Below are positions 24,962 to 37,847 of a DNA stretch of 64,000 nt, one piece after another (position 1 is the first letter of the stretch; each line of letters starts with the position of its first letter). The stretch is from Mobula hypostoma (taxonomy: Eukaryota). The stretch lies in NCBI RefSeq assembly GCF_963921235.1, contig NC_086108.1:80478001-80542000 (forward strand), given 5' to 3'. A program made the translations under genes and the position numbers. The notes beneath the pieces are model-generated. The model was not told where the DNA came from, did not search any database, and saw only the letters and a list, made by a program, of their open reading frames with translations.

Positions 24962-26239
24962 CATGTGTATATTCTTTTGCAGAATCACAATGTCTTTACA
25001 AAATACTCTTCCAATTAGTCTTTTGCATCAACAGCAAACTTAAAAACCTTACATTTCATCTCCTTTTCCAAATCATTAATAGAAAAATCAATCCCCGAGG
25101 TACTCCACTAATGGCATTCTACAAGCCTGAAAAAGACCTGAAAGATACTAATGGTCTTTTTTGTATATGCTAACATACCATCCAATACCATAGGCTCTTG
25201 ACTTATCCCCCAACTCTCACGTGGCACCTTGTTGAAGGCCTTCTGGAAATCTAAATACTTCAACAGATTCCTTTCCATCAACTCCTCTTCTCAGACTATC
25301 AAAGAGTTCAAGAAAATTGATCAAACAAGATTTACATTTCATAAAACCACGTTGAGTAGGCTTGATCATCTTTAGACTTCCCAAACGATCAGTTATTTCC
25401 ACTTACACCTCTAGAAGTATCAGCATTAGGTGAGTCTGGAAAAGAAACTAGTTCAGGGAGAGAGGACGAAAAAAAATCACAAAAGAAAGACCCAGCATTT
25501 GGGTTGGATCAGTGCAATCCAGAGGTGAAAAAGGTGGATTTGGTCTGGTAGGAACTGTAGTAGATGGGGTCAACCTGAGGGTGGAGATAAGCAGCATAAC
25601 ATATCGAAGTGGGGCTCACAGCTGTTAGCTAGGACCAGCCCTATTAAAATCTGGTTGTTCTGAGTTGCCCACTGATAGGTGCTTTTCAGAACAATGTGAT
25701 ATTATTGCTCTCACCGTTTTCCAAAGTATTGGAAAAATATTTGTAAGAAGGCTAAATGATTTCATAATAAGACATTATATACCCTGTGAACAGCAATATG
25801 GTTTCAGAAAAAAAACAGAACCACTACAATAGCATTAATAGATTTTGTAGAAGAAATATCAAACGTTATAGAAAGAAATGAATACACAGTGGGAATATTC
25901 CTTGATCTAAAAAAAGCATTTGACACAATTGACCATAACTTATTATTAACAAAAGTAGAAAGATATGGTATTAGAGGGGTGGCACATGACTGGTTAAGTA
26001 GTTATTTGGAAGACAGGTATCAGTCTGTACATATAAACAACTCGAATTCAAAACTTTTGAGGGTAACGTGGGGTTCCACAAGGTTCAGTGCTTGGTCCAT
26101 TGCTGTTCATTTTGTATATAAACGATATATCTCAGACACTAAAATGTATATTATTTGCTGATGATACAACTATATTTTGTAGTGGGGAACATCTGAAACA
26201 ACTTTTGGATACAGTGGAGAAAGAACTAAAAATTATAAA

Positions 26240-26479
26240 CGCAAACAACAGGAATTCTGCAGATGCTGGAAATTCAAGCAACATACATCAAAGTTGCTGG
26301 TGAATGCAGCAGGCCAAGCAGCATCTATAGGAAGAGGCGCAGTCGACGTTTCAGGCCGAGACCCTCCTTCAGTCAGTTAGTCCTGACGAAGGGTCTCGGC
26401 CTGAAACGTCGACTGCGCCTCTTCCTATAGATGCTGCTTGGCCTGCTGCGTTCACCAGCAACTTTGATGTATGTTGCTT
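26240..26479. mobile_element. Fold-back Penelope terminus inserted in the L2-group LINE
   Basis: 90-bp arms 26276-26365 and 26390-26479 with one mismatch; 11-bp TSD aaaattataaa at 26229-26239 and 26480-26490. Confidence 0.9.
26379..26414 (+). ncRNA. Minimal type-I hammerhead ribozyme motif (intact core)
   Basis: agtc-CTGACGA-agg(gtctcgg)cct-GAAA-cGTC-gact: all core nucleotides, stems I and II, GUC cleavage triplet. Confidence 0.78.
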
Positions 26480-27589
26480 AAAAATTATAAAGAAATGTTT
26501 TGATACTAAGAAATTATCACTGAATCTAAGTAAAACTAAATTCATAATATTTGGAAACTGTGTACCAAACTCATATAGTAAACTTAGAATAAATGATGTT
26601 GAAATTGATAAGGTATCTGAACCAAAATTTTAGGAGTGGTAATAGATAATAAATTAAGCTGGAAACCACATATAAATTATGTCAAAGCAAAACTGTCGAA
26701 ATCTATTGCAATACTGTACAAAGCACAAGATTTCTTAAATCAGGAATCTTTATATACATTATACTGTTCACTTATAGTCCCATACATGACTTACTGTGTA
26801 AAGGTATGGGGAAATACATACAAAACAAACACAAACTGAATTTTTCTACTCCAAAAGTAAAAAATGGACAGCTACCACAAAGTATCCAAAGGTTGTTTAA
26901 AATGAGAGAAAGTCAACATGATTTGAGAGGAACATGTATATTTCAAAAACAAAGGATAAGAACAAATGTAAAAAATCATTGTATTTCAGTCAGAGGGGTG
27001 AATCTATGGAACAGTTGTAGTGAGAATTTAAAAACATGCACCACACTTAACAAGTTTAAAAAATTATTTAAAAATAATTTAATGAACAAATATAAAATAC
27101 ATGATTTAAAATGAATGGGAGTAATGTAAATAAATGATACTTGGAATTGGATTTTGTGTTAAAAGATTATGAAAATTTTTGTTTTGATGTGATGATTGAC
27201 GCCAAATATGTTGTCATATAAGTAAGAGGGGTAGCTTCAGCCTACACCCTTTCGGTCTGTTTTAAAGAATACCCATGTTTTTTTGTTGTAATTTTGTCCT
27301 ATGAAATCATCGTTGAAAATGCTGCTTTTTGTTATGTTTGTACTGACCGAAATAAATTTCATTCATTCATTCATTCTTTGACAATAATGCTTAGGGAGTT
27401 ATATCATTCCCTATGTGACTGAAGCCAGCATGAGATTGATTTCTGACCGGTCGTATCTGGTCAGATGTCTGGTTAATAAAAGAATATAAGAAATAGGAGA
27501 GGAGTAGACTATTTAGTGCTTTGAACCTGTTCTGAAATTCAACTAAATCATACCTGATCTTCTACCTCAATTTTTTCAAAATTTAAAAT

Positions 27590-28100
27590 TGTTTAATGAC
27601 ATTTCCTGTACACACATGTAAGGAGAACAAAGTAATTGTTACTCCGAATCCAATGCAGCACAAAAAAAACACTAAAGATAAAGAACACAATAATAATAGA
27701 ACACACAATAAATATAAATACATAAGATAACTTGTATACATAGATCTATTGTATGTCGATAAAGTGGCACTAGACTGTATTTAAGGTGAACGCCAGGAAA
27801 TGATAAAGTGGTGATTGGAGATGTGGGAAGTAGGTTAGTGGGTGGTGGTGTTTATCAGCCTTACAGCTTGGGGAGAGTAACTGCTTTTGAAACTGGTGGT
27901 CCTGGCGTGGATGCTACGTAGCCTCCTCCCTGATGGGACAAACAGTCCATGAGCAGAGTGTTTGGGATCCTTCATGATGTTACTGGCCCTTTTCTGGCAC
28001 ATTTCTGCACACACTATGTCCAGAAGGTGGAGGAATACACGAGCTCTACTGACCGTGTAGGATGTGTTCTGGGACCACGAGAGATTGTGTGTGATGTGCA
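27590..28100 (-). mobile_element. Rex1/Babar-like LINE 3' end
   Basis: RASNIMKDPKHSAHGLFVPSGRRLRSIHARTT..FKSSYSPQAVRLIN. Confidence 0.8.
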
Positions 28101-28605
28101 CTATGCTAGGCTGCTAGGATTGCTCTTTGAGGAATAGGTTAAGTGGTTTGGGACTTCAGTTATTGGGAGTTTAGGAAACTCAGAGATGATTCTTACGCGG
28201 ATAGAGTTTAAAAGGATGTTCAGTCTCACAGGAGGCTTCAGAACTAGAAGGAATGATCTTAGGAGATATCCATTTAAGATTGAAAAGAGGAAGAATTTCT
28301 TCTCTTGAGATTGAAGGGTGGTCCCACTTCTTCTGGTTGTCTTACCTTTCCACTTAGGCAAACTCTCAAATCAATAATCAGTGTGGTGAATATTTGCTGC
28401 ACGCTGTCTATAACAGTTTTTAAAAGTAAGAATACCAAAATTATTTGCAAAACTGCATCTGCGGTCTCAACAAGGTCCTGTATAAAGTTGCAGCTAGCTG
28501 CCTTTGTTTCTGCATTTGGAATATCCTTCCAATAGAGCCCAACATACACATCCCTTACCTAGTTGCTTGTTCTCTGTTTTTCAGATATTTTTATACAAAA
28601 ACATA

Positions 28606-29219
28606 GGAGGGGTGATTGATAAGTTCGTGGCCTAAGGTAGAAGGAGTCAATTTTAGTAAACTTAGCACATTTATTTTTCAACATAGTTCCCTCCTACATT
28701 TACACACTTAGTCCAGTGGTCGTGGAGTATACGGAACTTGGACCTCCAGAAGGTGTCCACAGCAGGGGTGATTGATAAGTTTGTGTCCCAGGGTAGAAGG
28801 AGATGAGTTATACAACTCTCGTTACATGCACATGTAGGTAAGCTCTTTGAGTGGTTATGCAGAAAGTTTGAAGTTAATATCTCATCAGTTAATAACACAT
28901 CTGGGTGATTGATAAGTTCGTGGCCTAAGATAGAAGGAGATGAGTTATTAACTTCAATCTTTCTGCATAATCACTCAAAGAGTTGACCTGCATGTGCATA
29001 TAACGAGAGCTGTATAACTCATCAATTGCCACCTTAGGCCATGAACTTATCAATCACCCCTGCTGTGGACACTTTCTGGAGGTCCAAGTTCCATATGCTC
29101 CACGACCGCTGGACTAAGTGCGTAAGTGTAGGAGGGGACTATGTTGAAAAATAAATGTGCTAGGTTTTCTAAAATTGACTCCTTCTGCCTTAGGCCACAA
29201 ACTTATCAATCACCCCTTG
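28606..29219. mobile_element. Palindromic mariner-derived MITE
   Basis: TIRs ggaggggtgattgataagtt / aacttatcaatcaccccttg; TA on both sides; both arms carry the transposase C-terminus remnant KCV.VGG(D/N)YVEK*. Confidence 0.85.
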
Positions 29220-29579
29220 TATATTTTCCTTTGAGCATCACCTTTGTGGGATTTGCACCTTTGTAACCACATGGGTTTCCTCCAGGTGCTTCAGTTTCCC
29301 CCCACGTCACAAGAATGAGCAGTCGAGAGACTGGTAGGTTGATTGACCACTGCAAATTGCCTATAACATGTAGGCCAGAGATAGAGTTGATGATGAAGTG
29401 GGGGAGATGGTAGTGCAGCTATTGGGAATGAGGAGAATAACATTGGTTAGAGTAAGATTAATTTTAAGGAAATTGTGCTTGATAATCAAGATAGATATGG
29501 TTTCTTTGCTGTACTTATGACCAATTACGCTTGTCTCCAGAAATAACCCATTTGTATATGTCAGCCTGAGAGGTCGGTC

Positions 29580-30630
29580 TTAAGACTATAAGACCATAAG
29601 ATAACAGAGGAAAATTAGGCCACTTAGCCCATAGAGTCTGCTCTGCCATTTCATCACGGCTGATCCAATTTTCCTCTCACCCCTGCCTTCGCCCTGTATC
29701 CCTCCATGTCCTGACCAATCAAGAATCTATCAAACTCTGCCTTAAATATACATAAAGACAGCCTCCACAGCTGTCTGTGGTGAAGAATACCACAAATTCA
29801 CCACTCTCTGCCTAAAGAAATTTCTCCTCATCTGAGTTTTAAAATGATGCCCCTCTATTCTGAGGTTGTGTCCTCTGGTCTTAGACTCTCCCACCATGGG
29901 AAACATCCTCTCCACATTCACTCTATTAAGGCCTTTCACCATTCGATATGTTTCAATGAGGTCACCCCTCTTTTGTCTGAATTCCAGCAAATACAGGCCC
30001 AGAGCCATCCAACACTCTTCATATGACAAGCCGTTTAATTCTGGAGTAATTTTCTTGAACGTCCTTTGAACCCTCTCCAGTTTCAACACATCTTTTCTAA
30101 GAAAAGGGGCCCAAAAACACACAAAATACTCTGTGAGGCCTCACCAGTGCTTTATTAAGTTCTTACATTATACCCTTGCTTTTATATTCTAGTCCTCTTG
30201 AAATGAATGCTAACATTGCATTTGCCACAGATTCAACCTGAAAATTAACCTTTAGGGAATCTTGCACGAGGACTCCCAAGTACCTTTGCACCTCAGGTTT
30301 TGTATTTCCTCTCCATTTAGAAAATAGTCTATGCTGTTATTTCTTCAACCAAAGTGCATGTCCATACACTTCCCGACACTGTATTCCATCTGCCACTTCT
30401 TTGCCCATTCTCCTAATCTAAATCCTCTGTCTTCTCCCTCCAGCTATCTTTATATCGTCTGCAAACTCTGCAACGAAGCCATCAATTCTGTCATCCAAGT
30501 CATTGACATATAACATAAAAAGAAGCAGTGCCAACACAGACCTGTGGAAAACCACTAGTCACAGCAGCCAACCATCAAGGGCTCTCTTTATTCCTACTCT
30601 TTGCTTCCTGCCAATCAGCCACTGCTTTAT
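29580..30630 (-). mobile_element. CR1 LINE fragment
   Basis: ORF 29742..30122: FWAPFLRKDVLKLERVQR...RRNFFRQRVVNLW. Confidence 0.92.
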
Positions 30631-31285
30631 GAGGCAAAATATAATTGTCCTAACTGCTTGAAGTTCAATAAAATCACATTGTCTAAAAGTACACAATAAT
30701 TAATGCATTTAGAGGGAATTTCTTATCAAGATTTTAACTACAATGTAAATTGCTTCCAACTGCTCTTTAGAACTCCATCTGGCCAATAAATAGAGACAAT
30801 ACTTGGACAAAACAATTTTATATAAAACCAAATCAATTTCCACAGGAGTAAAACAATTCTTTACAAAGGAGGGTCCTGATGAAGGGTCTCGGCTCAAAAC
30901 GTCAACTCTTTATTCATTTCCATAGATGCTGCCTGACCAAATGAGCTCCTCCAGCATTTTGTGCATGTTGTTTTAAACTTCTACAAAGTTCTACAAAATT
31001 CCATTAACTTCTACTTTATTCATATGATTCTTCCTACTGAGAGCAGTGAGACTAATGCTATGCACTTTTACATTGCCACAAGAAAGAAGCTGTTCCATTT
31101 ATTCATTGAGATACAGTGTGGAGTAGGCCCTTCCAGCCCTCCGAGCCATGGGACAATTTACAATAACCAATTAACTTTGTGTCCTGTGGGAGGAAGCCCA
31201 CACAGTCATGAGGAAGGTGTACAAGTTCCTTACAGGCAGTGGTGGGAACAATAGATTCTTGATATTGATTCTGGTCAGTTAGTTA

Positions 31286-31558
31286 GTCTTGCAAGACCAC
31301 GGAAAGACTTCACTCTCCAGGGCGCAGGCCTAGGCAAGGTTGTATGGAAGACCAGCAGTTGCCCAAGCTGCAAGTCTCCCCTCTCCACAACACCAATGTT
31401 GTCCAAGGGAAGGGCATTAGGACCCATACAGCTTGGCACCAGTGTCATCGCAGAGCAATGCCTTGCTCAAGGACACAACACGTTGCCTCGGCTGGGGCTC
31501 GAACTCACAATCTTCAGGTCACTAGTCCAATGCCTTAACCACTTGGCCACGTGCCCAC
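31286..31558 (-). mobile_element. tRNA-derived SINE with 11-bp TSD
   Basis: Minus strand gtggccaagtggttaaggc (A box) ... gagttcgagccc (B box); TSD tcagttagtta at 31275-31285 and 31559-31569. Confidence 0.88.
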
Positions 31559-32982
31559 TCAGTTAGTTAACTGCATAATTTTTTACTTATACTCGGCAAC
31601 AAAAAATCTGATCTGAAAAGCAACTACAAATGTAGCACGTGGTTTATACTCTTTGACTCACTCCACTGCAGTCTCAACCATTTCTGCACCATCTGTCCCC
31701 TCTACGACAGACACATTGAATTATGTAAATGATTGCAACCAGTGAAAATTTCTGCAGCTGCTAGCAAGTTTTGCAGTTACGAGTTTTTCAATACAGGTTT
31801 TGTGAAAGAGGGACTGGGATTTCTAATGATCCAATAGTAAACAATTTTCTTTTGGAATAGGGAAACCATCAGTACTCAGACACGCTGAAGAAGAAATGGG
31901 GGTTAAAATGCAGTAAATTTCTGCCTCCAAGGTAACACTCTTGGGCTGCTTGTGAAATCCCGCTGCTTAAGTCTAGGGAATACACACTCCAGTCTTGCCA
32001 AATCCGTGAGATTGAGATGGTTTTCCCATCCCAGTCCCTAGTTTGTGTGGATGCTGTGTGATTTGCTACCCTGTTCGAACTCAGTGCCAAGAAATAGCAG
32101 ACAGCACATTGCATACGATCAAAGGAATTATATGTATGAATCTTAACTTAATGGAAGGGTTAGTAAAGAAACCCTTAATAGGCCCCATTATAATTAAACA
32201 GTCAAATATGCACAAGTTGGAACTCAGATCATATTCAGCGATCTTTAGTCGTTCTTGGCTCCTGGCTCCATCGAATCACAGTCCCCCTCAGGGTTGAATC
32301 CTACGGCCGGTTCTCTCCAGTGTCTTCTCTCTTCATCTTCTGCCGAACAAAGGACCCAACTCACATTCCAAAGCAACCATTACCTCTAACCATAACCCAA
32401 ACATTGCTTCCACAGAAAGATCATCACGTTAGCAGTGAAACTTTTCCCAGGGTGTTACACCTGAAACTACTCCAAATGTTGTAGTTGGGTCTGTCAACGG
32501 ACAGGTACTGGATGAGCTGAAGATCTTGTCATGGCGGAGAGGCTTGTGAGTTCCTGAGATCCCAAGAGCAACATTGTCTAGGGTTTAGCTGTCTGGCACT
32601 TAGCTCCTGATAGGATCACACATGGTGGTAAGGTCAAGAGGGAGGTTCCAGCCGTAGAACAATCTGATCAAGACCTCACCATGGAGCTGGTGAACGTTGA
32701 TGATATATCACAACCACAGCGAAGGTGGAGGAAGGCTGCAGCCAGCCGAGGACCCACCAATAGACAACCCCACAGCAGAACATCATACTTAACTTGAGTG
32801 ATCACACCACTGGCTGCACATCTGTAGAAGCAGAAGGGATTATCACAGATCTCCAACTTTAGATCATTCTTTAATTATTAAAAAATCCAGGCTTAGATAA
32901 AATGAGGCAAAAGGATTATACCAAGATTATTTATAAGGTGAAATTCAGACCAGCAACCCTGCATTATAGCCATCTACCCTAC

Positions 32983-33094
32983 CCGAAGTAAAGATAGGTC
33001 AACGAGAAGGTCTGTTTTAGAAATACACTTGACCGAGGGTGATTGAGAGGACCTTCTTCCTTCACATCCATATCATAGCTCCAGTAAATTGTGG
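32983..33094 (-). CDS. Candidate internal coding exon, unidentified gene
   Basis: ttttcag acceptor and gtaggg donor in unique sequence; only one open frame, (A)TIYWSYDMDVKEEGPLNHPRSSVFLKQTFSLTYLYF(G). No homolog recognised. Confidence 0.3.
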
Positions 33095-34134
33095 CTGAAA
33101 ATATCTTGTAAATTTTGAAGAGGAAACATAAATATCAGCCAATTCTTTATGCCTTTATGTCATCATAAATTGTGGATGCAGGTGTGGGGCAAAAACAGGC
33201 CTCATGGACACATTTGCTTTCCTTTGAATACTCATCATAAATTACAAATTACTATTTTGTGAGCACCTGTAATTCAATGGCATTTTGATATTAATCTCTT
33301 TCCACGGGTGCTTAAATGATTATGTCACGGCTTCGGGCAGGAACTTGCCCATCTAAAGATGTGCAGACACAAGTGGTACACAATAGCACAGAGGAAGCTC
33401 TTTATCATTTAGCTCAGCTCTCAGAATTCAAAGATACTATGAAATGAACCATTCAAGAAATGTACATGCTGCCTGGCTCCAAGTGGAAGGAAATTTCACC
33501 CAAAATACATAGTCTTCCAGAAAACTAGTGTTTATGACTTCTTTAAAAAAAAAATCATTACTTCACACTCACCATGAGCTTCTCAATTCAAAATCTTCTC
33601 AAGGAATGCTCACAACTAAACTGGAAGGACAAGTCTATAATCATAGGATGTCAAAAAGATTTAAAATGTGATAAAGCTACTTAATCCGTCTTTGACCAAT
33701 CTCAACCTTACCTTCCTGCCTTCACAAAATAGCTCTTAAACTTGTTCCAGATTCAAAAGCAACTAAAAACTAAAAACCGTCCCATGCGCTTTCCAAGGAG
33801 GAGGGAAAACAATGTGATTTAGCACATTGGAGCGGAAAGATTTTCTTTTCAGTGGATATTTCAGCAAAATGGATTCTCAATATCAGCTATTCACAGCAAG
33901 CTGCATACCCACAGCAAGGAAAGCAGGATAAAAAAATGTTCATCAATTCTTTGTACGTTGCCCAGCAGATGGCTGTACAATGATATTTGGCACATGCACA
34001 CGGTAATGGGGAAGAAATTAAAGCAAAAAGAAATGGATAGTATAGAAAAGGAGATTAAATTTCAATTTGTGGGAAAAGGCTTCAATGAGTGTCAATTCTC
34101 TTAAAGTTGGGCAATCACTGCTTAGTTTACTGCA

Positions 34135-34577
34135 TGGAAGGTTTGATGGCTCTGGGCCTGTATTCACTGGAATTCAGAAGAATGAGGGATGACCTCATTG
34201 AAACCTATCAACTGTTGAAAGGACTTGACAGAGCGGATGTGGGGAGGATGTTTCCTTTGGTGGGAGAGTCCAAAACCAGAGAATACAGCCTTAGGATAGA
34301 GGGACGTCCTTTTAGAATGGAGTTGAGGAGGAATTTCTTTAGCCAGAGAGTGGTGAATCAGTGGAATTTGTTGCCACAGGCAGCTGTGGAGGCCAAGTCT
34401 TTACATATACTTAAGGGAGAGTTTGATATATCTTTGATTGGCCAGCGCATGAAGGAATACAGGGAAAAGGCAGGAGATTGGGTTTGAAAGGGAAATGGAT
34501 CAGCCATGATGAAATGGTGGAGCAGACTCTGTGGGCTAAATGGCCTAATTCTGCTCCTATATCTTAAGGTCTTATAG
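34135..34577 (+). mobile_element. CR1 LINE 3' fragment
   Basis: ALGLYSLEFRRMRDDLIETY...FFSQRVVNQWN. Confidence 0.92.
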
Positions 34578-35000
34578 TACAAATCCTCAAAAAGTAAACA
34601 TAGGATTCCTTCCTGGTACCTGTAGTCATTTTGGGAGTTTGGAAGTGGGCAAGGAAATTGTTCTTTGAAGGAAATTGGAAGCTTCATTACAAATGCTTGC
34701 CTAAACATAGCAGGAAATGCATCAGTTAACATATGTCACATGTCACCTTTTTCCTTCAGACCTATGATCATTGCCATTATCACCTCTTCCAGCTGTATCA
34801 ATATTAAATGTTACAGAGACACTCAAAGCTAGAGAACAACACTGCTCTGCAGACCTCAAATGCATTACAGTAGAAAATTACAGCAGACAAACAGGGCAAT
34901 AAGCCAAGGAACCATAAATTTCTTATTCAATGATCTTCATGATGAGCATAGAATTGAGTGTCTGCACCATCTTTCCAATTAAAAAAAGCCCAGAGAAAAT

Positions 35001-35641
35001 TTCAAGTTCAAGTTTAATTGTCGTGTATAGAGCTAAACGAAACATTATTCCTTCAGGGTCAAGATTCAAAACGTACATATAGTTGCACGCAGCAGACATA
35101 GTGATGATAGCATAAAATAACATGAACACAAGTCACGGAGTAGCGTGGCCCGAAGATTGACGGGGCATGGAATATTGCCTTGGAGCCACATTTCTACAAG
35201 AATAAGCACGTTACAGTTCCTCATCTCACATTGGGTGGGTTAGCCGCAGACGAAGGCAATCCAGCTTTTTTCTCCCCCAGGTAGCGAACACTGGAGGCAG
35301 CACTGATGGGAGAGCCAGAGGACTGGGGCCAGCCCCCAACCCAGCACAGGTTTCAATGCACCCGCTGTACATCTGTTCCCTCCCACGCCATTTTCAGCAC
35401 CTCCTCCCATGGGTGGCTGCGACAGGTGATGCCACTACGGCAGAGCGTGGTCCGTGCGAAGATCGAGGCCATGCAGCTCCCAAGTCGTCAGTGTCACCAG
35501 TGTCCCAGACTGGCAATATTTTGTATTACCAATATTCACCAGAGTCTTGAGGTCACAAGAAAAACATTTAAGACAAACACTTGGTCCACTTGTTGGACCT
35601 GGAGACACCGCTGCAACCAAGCACACCGCCATCTTACTGGA
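35001..35641 (-). mobile_element. Second family of non-autonomous LINE-derived element
   Basis: Minus strand begins tccagtaagatggcgg and ends gacaattaaacttgaacttgaa; no RT coding inside. Confidence 0.55.
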
Positions 35642-36186
35642 AAGGTTTCACAGAAAGCATTTGAATAGTTTCAAAACAACTACATTGCGTGGTCACGGTT
35701 TGCACCTTTTAAGAGGTTTGTACTCTGTAAGCAGTACTTAATATACTGTTGATCTGACTAATATAGCAGTACTTATATACTTAATATACTTTATGATCAG
35801 ACTAATGCACACCTGCAAAACTTTGGCTTTTTAAGCTTTGTTTCCATATGTGTCCAATGCATCTCTGACTTCAGTAACTTTAAATTTGGGATATGGGCAT
35901 ATTTCTCTTCCATGTTATTTGAGGATCTGAAAACTAACAGATTTTTTTGCAAGGCATTGTCAATAAAATTCTTGCTCCTTTCTCAGCTGCAAGAAATTGT
36001 GGGAAGGGGGAGGAGGAGAGTGAGTGTTCCTTTCATCTTAATATTGAACATCAAGTCAATCATGCTCCATCTTATTAGCTGCGGCTGAAAGCTGACATGG
36101 CATCACCCAGGGTCGGTGAATTAATCCTCCGCCCAGTCCCAGGTGATTACTATGATGGAGTATTTTCCATCTGCCTAACCAACACC

Positions 36187-37285
36187 CATAAGATATTGGA
36201 GCAGAATTAGGCCATTCAGCCCATCGAGTCTCCTCAACCCCATACACCTGCCTTCTCACCATATCCTTTGATGCCCTGACCAATCAGGAAACTATCAATT
36301 TCTGCTTTAAGTATACCCGTGGCTTTGGTCTCCACTGCCGTCTATGACAGAGCATTCCACAGATTTACTACTCTCTCCTTAAAAAAATTCGACTTAACCT
36401 CTGTTCTAAAAGGTCGCCCCACAGTTTTGAGACTGTGCTCTCTAGTTCTGAATATCCGCACCATAAGAAGCATCCTCTCTGTATCCACCTTATCAAGTCC
36501 TTTGAACATTTGATTGCTTTCAATGAGATCCCCATGCATGCTTCCAAATTCAAGTGAGTTCAGGCCCAAAACTGCCAAACACTCCTCATATGTTAACCCC
36601 TTCAGTCCTGGAATCATCCTTGTGAACATCCTCTGGACTCTTTCCAATAACAATGCATCCATTCTGAGATAAGGGGCCTAAAACTGTTGATAATACTCTG
36701 TGTGGCCTGGCTAGTGTCTTATAAAGGGTCAGCATTATCTCCTTGCTTTTATATTCCATTCCCCTTGAAATAAATGTCAACATTGCATTTGCCTTCTTTA
36801 CAACAGACTCAACCTGTAAATTAACCTTCTGGGAGTCTTGCACAAGGACTCCAAAGTCCCTCTGTACCTCTGATGTTTGAACCTTCTCCCCATTTAGATA
36901 ATACTCCGCACCATTGTTCCTTTTACCAAAATGTATACACTGTATTCCATCTGCCACTTCTTTGCCCATTCTTCCAATCTGTCTAAGTCCTGCTGCAATT
37001 GCATTGTTTCCTCAGCACTACCTACCCCCTGACCTACCTTGGTATCATCTGCAAACTTTGCCACAAAGCCATCAATTCCATTTCCAGATCATTGACAAAC
37101 AATGTGAAAAGTAGCAGTCCCAATACTGACCCCTGAGGAACACCACTAGTCTCTGGCAGCCAGCCAGAAAAGACCCCTTTTATTCCCACTCGTTGCCTCC
37201 TGCCTGTCAGCCATTCCTCTATCCATGCCAGTATCTTCCCTGTAACGCCATAGGATTTTATCTTGTTAGGCACCCTCACGTGTGG
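36187..37285 (-). mobile_element. CR1 LINE fragment (RT to 3' end)
   Basis: SGVPQGSVLGLLLFTLFVNDL; LERVQRMFTRMIPG. Confidence 0.93.
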
Positions 37286-37847
37286 AGGCTGATACAGCTT
37301 CCTTGCTTGGCACATGCTCACTAGCATGTATATCTTTCCTGCCATCATTTGCATACTATGGCTGCAGTCTTATATAGTCATTGGAATAAGCCCCCAGCAC
37401 ATCTTCAGAATCACCTCACAAACACACATCTGCTGTTACCTAGACTCACAGATGCCTCAGGTACATAGGAGTATCACTTATCTAAATTCAGTCCAAATCA
37501 CATCATGTCCCAATTTGGATCATTGCTTTCTCCTATTAGTTCGATATTCTTGTACTTCCCACCTGGTCAAGTACATGTATGCAGTGCATGGAAAATCTCC
37601 ACCACTTCCCAGTACAATCAGGAGCAAGTGTTACGTGCCCTTATCCCAAAGAGTAAATGTAATTGTGATTGATATCAGGGAATCATGTTACCTTCACAGT
37701 GAAATGAAATTAAAAGAAGCTGAGCCAATGTAGATTAGTCTGATAGCAAAATATGTTATGCATTGTTGTTAGAAAAACAGTGCCCAAGAAAATCTTAACG
37801 CACTGAGTAAAAGGTCTTTCTTCTATTCCTGCCATCAGGAAAATATA

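Larger units (their letters stand above)
25700..27376 (+). mobile_element. AT-rich L2-group (Crack/Daphne-like) LINE, 5'-truncated
   Basis: QQYGFR, GIFLDLKKAFDTIDH, LGPLLFILYIND, LFADDT, IDNKLSWKPHI; ends aataaatt(tcat)n. Confidence 0.82.

Noticed and set aside
31275..31285. SINE target tcagttagtta resembles the sequence upstream of the Penelope hammerhead
   Set aside because: Flanks are not Penelope-derived; a short AT-rich match is likely chance.
31480..31558. tRNA-like sequences here and at 289-365 and 8857-8935
   Set aside because: They are SINE heads attached to bodies, tails and TSDs, without a complete cloverleaf.
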